The notes under the pieces are model-generated. The model ran no database searches and was not told the origin of the DNA. It worked only from the letters and a program-made list of their open reading frames with translations. This document shows positions 56,642 to 64,000 of a DNA stretch of 64,000 nt, in pieces (the stretch's first letter is position 1; the number at the start of each line of letters is the position of its first letter). Location of the stretch: positions 1-64,000 of the IMG/VR virus record IMGVR_UViG_3300033148_002693. One strand, given 5' to 3'. The position numbers were made by a program, and so were the translations under genes. Source of the DNA: a virus.

Positions 56642-56826
56642 CAAAACGTAATTCTCGGCATTATTGATGACGATGTTTTTTCTTGTGCACAGTACTCCAA
56701 GACCGGTTTTACGGTAAAACTGATTTTGCACATGGTGTGCATAAAACGATATGCACACATGCTATAAGATAGTTCTATGAGCAAAAGTTTGCTCATAGGA
56801 AGATTCATAGAGTTCGGGGAGAGACA

Positions 56827-58683
56827 ATGAGCAAGTGCGTGAAGATATTATTGGTCATCGGCTTGCTGGTGGCCTGTACGAATTATGTTATCAATGAGGG
56901 AGCTACAATTGATGAGTTTCGCGTACCCCTGCGCGGATTGGGGTATTTCCACGGTGAGGCAATTGACCTAGTCCCGCTTAACGACCCCAATCTATCCCTG
57001 ATTCAAGTAGAGTTCACGTGGGGACAGCTTGATGATGGTAATAGAGGGGTACGTAGGAACGTTCTTGATCCTATCATATCCCAGATAACTGCTGCCGGCA
57101 AAGGGTACGTTCTGCGTATACCGGTCTATCAAAACAGAAGTAAAGCCAATCCTGGGCTTCCATCAAGCTTGTTGGGGATGACATGGAAGCATCCGGATGG
57201 GTGGCTGATACCACGATATGATAATCCGTTACTGTTGATCGAATATTCCAAATTCTTGGACAATCTCGCAAGAGAATACAGCTCTGATCCATACTTGGCC
57301 GGCATACAGATTCCTGTCGGGTTGTACGGAGAGACACACCCCGACAGAAATGATGCTGAGTGCGCTTGTTCTGTATGGTTGTACAGTGCCGATCCAAACA
57401 CGGGTGAGCGTCACAGGTTAGAACCATGTGAATGGTTTGTTTGGACATTTGGTGTCATGGAAGCATACAGGGAAGCCTTCCCAGACGCTCCGTTGGTGCT
57501 GATGAACGCTACGCAGTATGGGTATCCCTGCATCATTCCAGAACCGCCATACGACCGTAGAAATGAGCGGGTAGAATTCCAGGACAAGGCGATTGAGCTT
57601 GGCATCGGGTTCCAAAATAACTCCCTTGATGAATGGGATGCCAACTGGCTCACGTGTGAGGTTACTGGCACGCATGGCACTTACACTATAGATGGTTCCG
57701 TTCAAGCGATCATCGACAATCCACAACTGATAAGTGGGTTTGAGCGTGGAAGCTGGCTCAGACCGTTCGATAAGTTTTTCAGGGCGGGTGATTACCAGAC
57801 CTGGTGGAGCTACCTCAATGCTCTTGACAAAGGGGTAGACTTCATCTTCCCTCCACAATGGGCGGGAGAGGTGACTGGTGGTGCATATCCTGCTGGTGTG
57901 TTTGCCTATCCAGATGACTTGCCGTATGCTGAAGAACTTGCCTGGATGAATAGATTCACCAGCGAACATCTATCAAACCCACAAACGGCTTGGATCGCCA
58001 TGTTTTCTGCCCCTGCTCCTGGGGAATATTCCTGGGGGACTGTAGACAACTATTGGTACTGTACGGCTGTTCACAATAACTACAAACAGCTTTTGGATTC
58101 GGATGAGAAGCTGGTCCCCGTGTATCGTATCGGGCCTGTAGTTGCACCATTCTATGAGGGCAAGTATGCGAGGCGTACAGATCAAATCAACGGTATTAAC
58201 TCTGTAACATTGATAACAGATGAAGACTTTGCTCCAGGCGTTATAGGATGGGAGGTAGAGCTATGGTTCCTGGACAACGGAACGGACGAAATAGGTTTGG
58301 ATTACGACGGGGGAAGTTACAGGATCAGAAAGTTGGGAAGCGGGGAATGGGTACACAAGCGTGTCGCTCTAGGAAGGGCGGAGCTAGGTGGAGGCGGCGC
58401 GCTCACTATCAATTCCCTAAACGACGGGCCTGATGAGGTATTCAGTTTCGTAGAACTGATTCCTGCGCCAGGGAGTACGCCAACAGCTACGCCAACAGTT
58501 GCGCCGACCGCTACGGGTACACCTACGGGTACATTCACAAGTACACCTACATTTACGAGTACACCTACAAGCACGCCGACGCCTGAGGGCAGTTGGTTCC
58601 CGTTGAGGTTTTGTGCAATGAAGGGGGTAGGGTATTTCGGGATAGCGGTTCAATGGGAGGGGCCAGGTCCTTGCGGAGATTGA
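56827..58683 (+). CDS. Secreted or lipoprotein glycoside-hydrolase-like protein with Pro/Thr tail
   Basis: Signal peptide ending LVAC; W..L, P.Y.N, GLYGETH TIM-barrel GH-like motifs; TPTATPT repeats. Confidence 0.6.
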   Translation: MSKCVKILLVIGLLVACTNYVINEGATIDEFRVPLRGLGYFHGEAIDLVPLNDPNLSLIQVEFTWGQLDDGNRGVRRNVLDPIISQITAAGKGYVLRIPVYQNRSKANPGLPSSLLGMTWKHPDGWLIPRYDNPLLLIEYSKFLDNLAREYSSDPYLAGIQIPVGLYGETHPDRNDAECACSVWLYSADPNTGERHRLEPCEWFVWTFGVMEAYREAFPDAPLVLMNATQYGYPCIIPEPPYDRRNERVEFQDKAIELGIGFQNNSLDEWDANWLTCEVTGTHGTYTIDGSVQAIIDNPQLISGFERGSWLRPFDKFFRAGDYQTWWSYLNALDKGVDFIFPPQWAGEVTGGAYPAGVFAYPDDLPYAEELAWMNRFTSEHLSNPQTAWIAMFSAPAPGEYSWGTVDNYWYCTAVHNNYKQLLDSDEKLVPVYRIGPVVAPFYEGKYARRTDQINGINSVTLITDEDFAPGVIGWEVELWFLDNGTDEIGLDYDGGSYRIRKLGSGEWVHKRVALGRAELGGGGALTINSLNDGPDEVFSFVELIPAPGSTPTATPTVAPTATGTPTGTFTSTPTFTSTPTSTPTPEGSWFPLRFCAMKGVGYFGIAVQWEGPGPCGD

Positions 58684-58684
58684 A

Positions 58685-58978
58685 ATGGAAGCGATTGTTG
58701 AGAGTATTTGGATTCAGCTAGGTGCAGTTGGGTTGTTTTCGGTAGTGATGGCGGCTATAGCGTGGGCATTATGGCGTTCATTATGTGAATGTCAGAAAGC
58801 CAGAACAGATGATGATTCGGAGCGTGTTCGTATGTGTACAGATGCAATGCAGGAGATGGCGCTTGCACTCAGGGAAGTAAATGAGACGATGCGCGCTGGA
58901 TTCGAGAGCATGAATCATACGCTGGATTTGAAGGGTCAGCTTGATGGTTTGAGAGAGGAAATTCGTAGGAAGGGGTAG
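58685..58978 (+). CDS. Holin-like single-TM + coiled-coil protein
   Basis: QLGAVGLF TM segment then coiled coil; follows tail genes. Confidence 0.5.
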   Translation: MEAIVESIWIQLGAVGLFSVVMAAIAWALWRSLCECQKARTDDDSERVRMCTDAMQEMALALREVNETMRAGFESMNHTLDLKGQLDGLREEIRRKG

Positions 58979-59156
58979 TCATGTTTGGATGGTTGATAAA
59001 GCGTAAAGCCAACAAACCAAATGGGGTGTTAGAGAAGTCTGATGAATACTTCGACCAATTGGGCGAAATCATCAGAGAGACCAGGATACTTCGTGGCGTA
59101 TTTGCTGACATTCAAAAACGTGTGGAGATCATAGATGCCGAACTGAATGGGAAATC

Positions 59157-59185
59157 TTGACCCCTGTTAGGTTTTCTGCTATAGT
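59157..59185 (+). promoter_or_regulatory. Sigma70-type promoter
   Basis: TTGACC-17-TATAGT with extended TG. Confidence 0.55.
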
Positions 59186-59217
59186 TATCCCTAGATTGAC
59201 GGGTAATATGACTATCT

Positions 59218-59526
59218 TTGCCGCCAACAGGCTTTAAGAAAGGAAATGGGGCAATGGTTCAAAGTATTCATGAGACGCTCCTGGGGCTGCACAGCGATTT
59301 TAGGACGTGGAGAGCGGTTGCAAAGGAGTTGGGAGCATACAGCGGAGCGTATTGGAGTAGTGTAGCGTCTGGCAAAATCAATCCTACCGTGACAGCAATT
59401 GATGTTGTGAGAAGTTACCAGGGGCTGCCCTCATTGAAAACGCCCAGACGCATCAGTAGTATGAAGACAAGGGTTTTAGCCAAGATGATCAGAGACAGGG
59501 TTGAGATATGTTTGACATCCCGATAG
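59218..59526 (+). CDS. HTH DNA-binding protein
   Basis: TWRAVAKELG..SGAYWS.VASGK..P; probable start is the internal MVQS. Confidence 0.6.
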   Translation: MPPTGFKKGNGAMVQSIHETLLGLHSDFRTWRAVAKELGAYSGAYWSSVASGKINPTVTAIDVVRSYQGLPSLKTPRRISSMKTRVLAKMIRDRVEICLTSR

Positions 59527-59530
59527 GTGC

Positions 59531-60175
59531 GTGGTTGATTCCAGCTATCATTGGTGGTATGTTTGCGCTGATAGTTTGGAGTGGAATGCGAAGAAGGCCA
59601 TGAAGCGATATGATTCAGTAGTGGAAAGACGAATACCGACAAGAGAACCCTCATTACAGTCAGATGTGGGGGTTCCGATTCTGTCTGCCGTGTTTGTGGG
59701 TATCATCGGAGGGGCATTCCTGGGGGCGGTCGTTTGGATGCTGTTCGATGTGTGGGTTTGGAAGTTGGTAGTTGTTGCGGGCCTGGGGGCTTGTCTGATT
59801 GTTTACTTCTGGCGGGCGAACATGGCTGAGGAATCTACCTGGGCAGATGAATCCATAGAGACGCCTCGACCAGAGTTACCAGAGTTACCCAAACCGCCAT
59901 CTATGCCGGTTCTACTGAATTCGTATCAGGGAAGGGAAAGACTGGCCGCTGACACGAAAAGGGTCAACAAGGTTGAGTTTGAGTGGTTCATTTCGGAATG
60001 TGAAAACGACACGAGCATGAGAAGGTTCGAGAAGGAAATCAGTAGAGACCAGTATCGAAGATATCGTCAATCGTTGATGACTCAGGGCTGGGCACGATGG
60101 AAGAATCCGCAAATTCCAAGATTGGGATGGGAATTAACGGCTTCGGCCAGGGAGATCATTTCACACTTGAAATAG
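59531..60175 (+). CDS. Two-TM membrane protein with possible winged-helix C-terminus
   Basis: Two hydrophobic helices; L...GWARW......GWELT. Confidence 0.5.
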   Translation: MVDSSYHWWYVCADSLEWNAKKAMKRYDSVVERRIPTREPSLQSDVGVPILSAVFVGIIGGAFLGAVVWMLFDVWVWKLVVVAGLGACLIVYFWRANMAEESTWADESIETPRPELPELPKPPSMPVLLNSYQGRERLAADTKRVNKVEFEWFISECENDTSMRRFEKEISRDQYRRYRQSLMTQGWARWKNPQIPRLGWELTASAREIISHLK

Positions 60176-60250
60176 TGCGTTGCGGTGTGGTGCGGTGCGT
60201 TACGCACGTGTTTTTGGGGAGACCGCACAAACAGAGTAGGGTAGAAAGGG

Positions 60251-60571
60251 GTGATTCGGATGACGTTGGAACAATTGCTTTTACTGGTTGTCGATGGGGG
60301 AGCAGGTCTGTTCATCTACAGCCGACTTGAGAAGGCTGAGTGGTATCAGTCTATCGAGGAGTCAGATTACAAGCGATGGATAGCAGCAGGTCTCACAGCT
60401 TTGTTTGCCATCCTTGCTTGGGGGGTTGGGGTGGCTCTCGAAGTCTTCGAACTGCCAACGGGTGACTGGCGAACATGGGTTATTAAGTTGGCGGAGATTG
60501 GCATTGGAGCTTTCGTTGCTTTTGGATCCGCTACATTGGGTCACACGAAGGTGTTGAAGAAGCGAAGATAA
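60251..60571 (+). CDS. Holin-like multi-TM protein
   Basis: About three hydrophobic segments, basic C-terminus KKRR. Confidence 0.55.
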   Translation: MIRMTLEQLLLLVVDGGAGLFIYSRLEKAEWYQSIEESDYKRWIAAGLTALFAILAWGVGVALEVFELPTGDWRTWVIKLAEIGIGAFVAFGSATLGHTKVLKKRR

Positions 60572-60585
60572 TCCCCACCTCTCAC

Positions 60586-60623
60586 AAAGAGACTGCTTGG
60601 TGAAAGCCAGGCGGTCTTTTTTT
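60586..60623 (+). terminator. Intrinsic terminator ending the late region
   Basis: AGACTGCTTGG-TGAAAG-CCAGGCGGTCT followed by a T-run. Confidence 0.8.
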
Positions 60624-60682
60624 ATTCCGTTTGTGAAATAATATTTATCAGATGAATAAATTGTAATAATTGAAAAACTGAT

Positions 60683-60744
60683 AAAATTTTAAGGTAAATT
60701 GATCCCAAAAACCTATTGACAATGTATTGTTTACCTGCTATAAT
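60683..60744 (+). promoter_or_regulatory. Consensus sigma70 promoter, copy C
   Basis: TTGACA(60716-60721)-17-TATAAT(60739-60744); upstream ATTTTAAGGT shared with copies A and B. Confidence 0.85.
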
Positions 60745-60779
60745 GTATATAAGATAAATTATACTAAGGAGGCAGTAAA

Positions 60780-61190
60780 ATGACGGAGTTAACGAAGGCA
60801 CAGGCAGAGCAGTACGTGAGAGAGTACATCGAAGGGGTCATCAATAAAGCCGCAGAGCAAAGGAAGAGGAAGGCGGAGGAATTGGCGAGCAGTCCAGCAG
60901 CAGCATTGAGTGTATTTGAGTGGGCCAACAATATTGCAGTAACCCAAGAACGGGCGCTCATTTATACCAAGATACTCAAGGCTTGGGATAAGGGAACCAC
61001 CGGAATCTTGGATATAATTGATAGGGCTATCAGGGACATCACTGAAGGATTACTGGAAGGGTACGATCTTCCTACCAGTACGAGCGCGTTCTCCAACGCG
61101 ACGATGATGGCGAAGAACGAAGCCTACAGGCAGTTCCTGAAGGATATGAGGGTGGTGATGCCCGCCGTCAAGGAGACCCTCAGCGAGTAG
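60780..61190 (+). CDS. Hypothetical early protein
   Basis: AAGGAGG RBS behind promoter C. Confidence 0.65.
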   Translation: MTELTKAQAEQYVREYIEGVINKAAEQRKRKAEELASSPAAALSVFEWANNIAVTQERALIYTKILKAWDKGTTGILDIIDRAIRDITEGLLEGYDLPTSTSAFSNATMMAKNEAYRQFLKDMRVVMPAVKETLSE

Positions 61191-62045
61191 CCGAAAGCCG
61201 GTAGAGAGGATCAAGACGATGAAACTCGAATATTACGAAACGCACACCAACGCATGGAATGATATCACAGAAGAAGAAGCGCGACGATGGCTGGCAGACA
61301 TGTATGAAGCTATTGACATGGCCTGGAAAGAAATCGAAGCGGGCTACGAAGTCCCAACTCGATTCTCGATTATCAGACGCAAGGAGGCATCATGCTAGAA
61401 CTCATAACAGTATTGCCGATGGTTGAAAACGCTATGATGATCCCCGGCTTGTTGTTTGCTATCGTCATTCTGGGCCTTGCGGGCCTGGCAGTACTCACAT
61501 TAAGGAGGATGTGACAATGAATAGACTAGCAAGGGTAGGCGATATAATCATCATTAAGCAAAAGAGAGAACCATACCCACCCTGCAATATCACATCAAGG
61601 GTAATTGACCTGACAGAATCTACACTTTACCTTGAAACCGGACGCCCCAGATCGCGCACGCCTGGCGCATCTTGGAAACTTGCCAATCTTTCAGGGTATG
61701 TGAGGTGAACCAATGAAAACAATTTCAATGTCCTGGGAATTAACATCATTACTCTGTGACAACGTTCAATACTACTTTGACGCCCTGCTAGGTTGGGATG
61801 ACGTGGACAGAGCAAATGGTTACCTCCACACGATGGCCGATACCTGCCATGCTTACAACGTTCACCATTACCACTATATCCATTGTGTTATGGTTGCGCT
61901 TTTCCACCTACACTCAGCACACCACACAGAAATTTACTAGACTATGGGGGCCACGCATCCTACACGCGGAGGAGAGCTATATTGAAAAGGCTACCCGCGG
62001 ATAATCCGTAGGGAGGAGCAAAATAGTTAAGATTGAAAGGAGGGG

Positions 62046-62375
62046 GTGATGAAACTGCTTGATGAATACTTTGCAATTCAGAAACAGATTTATGAATACT
62101 TCGGCTATGTAGAGGATTGGGTAATCATTCCGATTGATGATGCCAGGCAATATTTCTGGTATGAGGATGGCAAATGTGTTCACTTCGCCGAAACGGAAGA
62201 GGAATTGGAATCTAAGTCTGGGCGATATTTCATGAACGAGATTTACACACAACGATTTCTGCCGAGGTGGGTGTATCAGGCGGATGACTATACTATGATT
62301 TGTGTTGACACTCGCACCGACGGCAACAAATTTTTGCAGATATTCGATAATGCTAAGTCGAGAGCACAGAGCTGA
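62046..62375 (+). CDS. Hypothetical phage protein
   Basis: AGGAGG RBS; YFGY.EDW..IP...DT.TDGNKFL.IF pattern. Confidence 0.6.
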   Translation: MMKLLDEYFAIQKQIYEYFGYVEDWVIIPIDDARQYFWYEDGKCVHFAETEEELESKSGRYFMNEIYTQRFLPRWVYQADDYTMICVDTRTDGNKFLQIFDNAKSRAQS

Positions 62376-63027
62376 ATGGGATGAGCTTGCAGGACTAGCA
62401 GTGCTCACACTAAGGAGAAGTGGAGGACGATGGTCAACAATGCTTGCTGGAACATAGCCGGTTTGTCGATTGACGATCTGCCCGATTGTCCATTCTGTGA
62501 CTGGCACGAAGATGGCGTGGGATGGGTGGCAGCGGCCCGAAGGGCTCTCAGGAACGCTGACTATCATGGATGATCTTTTTGGAGAATCAGATCTGCCGCT
62601 ATTCAGCCAAACAGCACAACACAGTAAGGTTCAGAAATTCGAGCCAAAGCCCGTGGTCAAGAACTTGTCGATGTTCAACTGTCCGATTTGTCGTGATACT
62701 GGACAGGTGCGAATTGGAAAGAAAATCATCACATGCTTTTGTAAGAAAGGGGAAACCAATGAAGGGGCAATTCAGGGCAAACAATCTAAGTAACGCGGCG
62801 AGGAGAGCGATCTGGGCGCAGGGGATGAAATCCGTGTATTCATACGACATCGTTTCGGATTGCGTCATAAGGTCCGAGGAGAAGTTTTATGAGAGCCCCC
62901 ATACAGACCGCACGGTCATCGTTGCCTACACACGCAAGGGCAAAAAAACCGCCACAGTATCCGCAGGAGACTTGTGGTGGTATGATTCTTGCAACTCACA
63001 TCAAACGATGCCGATGGCAAGGATCAG

Positions 63028-63327
63028 ATGAATAGTTTTGAGTTAAAAGTCTGGAATTGTGTGGTTGAACGTGATGGCGCAAGATGTTTGCGATGTGGTG
63101 AGCGTGGTGATCATGTTCACCATGTCATTCCCAGATCACACTTTGGCAAGAGCGGGCACGATGTTTGTTGGGACGAACGCAACATGATGTGTCTGTGCAT
63201 GGACTGCCATCTTGGGATAGTCTGGGCACACACGTATGACGGGCGCATCGAGCAACTTCGAGTATTGGCAGAACTATACGATTATGAGTATGACGATTCC
63301 CCATTTAACGAATATGTTTTATCGTAA
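63028..63327 (+). CDS. HNH endonuclease-like protein
   Basis: RD...CLRCG....HVHHVIPRS...N...LC..CH. Confidence 0.8.
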   Translation: MNSFELKVWNCVVERDGARCLRCGERGDHVHHVIPRSHFGKSGHDVCWDERNMMCLCMDCHLGIVWAHTYDGRIEQLRVLAELYDYEYDDSPFNEYVLS

Positions 63328-63383
63328 AACCGGAATCGGAGAACACGAGTGTTGAAAGTAATGGCCATCTGAAAACGTTCAAA

Positions 63384-63441
63384 ATTTTAAGGTTATTTAT
63401 GTAAACTAAACCTTGACAATATACTGTCTATCTGCTATAAT
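63384..63441 (+). promoter_or_regulatory. Consensus sigma70 promoter, copy B
   Basis: TTGACA(63413-63418)-17-TATAAT(63436-63441); 43 bp identical to 7436-7478. Confidence 0.85.
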
Positions 63442-63473
63442 GTATATACAATAGATTATACGGAGACAGGCAA

Positions 63474-63830
63474 ATGAAACGGACAGTCACAGTAAACACA
63501 AGAAATCTCAGAGAAAAGGCAAAGACCCACAAGGTAGAACGTACAGCATACGCCGCCTGGAACGTCAAATCTGGCGGGTCTGACAAGATTTACAAAGTGA
63601 CCTACGATACTCGCAGAAAAGAATTTTATTGTGAATGTGATTGGGCCGGACATGGCGGCGGTGGTTGCTCACACGTGATGGCAGTAGTAATGTGGGCGGA
63701 TGAGATCAGGAACAGGAAAGCATACTTTCAGAATTCAGAGGAATCGGCAAAACGACAACATCGACCCCGTAAGATTCTGGAAACTGGACTGGACGGCAAG
63801 GAAGTTTGGGTCACGAGCAGGGCATCGTAG
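63474..63830 (+). CDS. SWIM zinc-finger protein
   Basis: V.S....Y.V......CECD.......CSHV.AV. Confidence 0.75.
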   Translation: MKRTVTVNTRNLREKAKTHKVERTAYAAWNVKSGGSDKIYKVTYDTRRKEFYCECDWAGHGGGGCSHVMAVVMWADEIRNRKAYFQNSEESAKRQHRPRKILETGLDGKEVWVTSRAS

Positions 63831-64000
63831 CAATGCCCTGCTAAAAGGGAACTCAACATAGGAGGAAGACAAAATGGAAAATGCAGTGAAGGTGCGATGG
63901 GTATCAGATGCGAAAACGAAATTTGTTATCAAACCAGCGATGATTCGTATTCGCAGGAGTGATGATAACAGCGAATTGGTCGAGTACTATCCAACCAATG

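Noticed and set aside
60176-60210. Short TGCGG-like tandem repeats
   Set aside because: Too short and degenerate to assign a function.
1-64000. Prophage boundaries or alternative genetic code
   Set aside because: No integrase, att site or host gene is seen. Genes are intact under the standard code and use all three stop codons, so the single in-frame TGA at 23207 is not evidence of genome-wide recoding.

Overview
This window is a 64-kb segment of a large tailed dsDNA phage, probably a siphovirus. Pro/Thr-linker proteins weakly suggest a Chloroflexota-like host. No integrase, replication module or host housekeeping gene is visible. The morphogenesis genes are recognisable: an inverted terminase large subunit, portal, head-maturation protein, a Cys-rich major capsid protein, neck and tail genes, an 1890-aa tape measure protein and two large tail-tip proteins. 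Four accessory blocks interrupt them. (1) Between terminase and portal lie an HExxH protease, a RadC/JAB protein and a Ro60/TROVE gene. The Ro60 gene is preceded by its own promoter and three tandem structured RNAs that share one scaffold but carry different cargos: a minimal loop, a tRNA-Ser(UGA)-like anticodon loop, and a near-complete tRNA-Tyr(GUA) body. This is the most striking candidate for an undescribed system. (2) A 7-deazaguanine cluster (ParB-like, DpdA/TGT-like, SAM methyltransferase, QueD, QueE, FolE) has no QueC, and its DpdA-like gene is flanked by about seven alternative 'xLY/HLx' cassettes. (3) A large glycosyltransferase/methyltransferase/sulfotransferase block sits among the virion genes, ending in an 'MGCCG' domain and a DUF1360-like CxxC membrane protein. 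(4) An AT-rich RHH + TnpB island lies between the tape measure and tail-tip genes. Repeated sigma70-type promoters and a thrice-repeated palindrome are also visible. All family calls come from motif recognition by eye; no database search was run.
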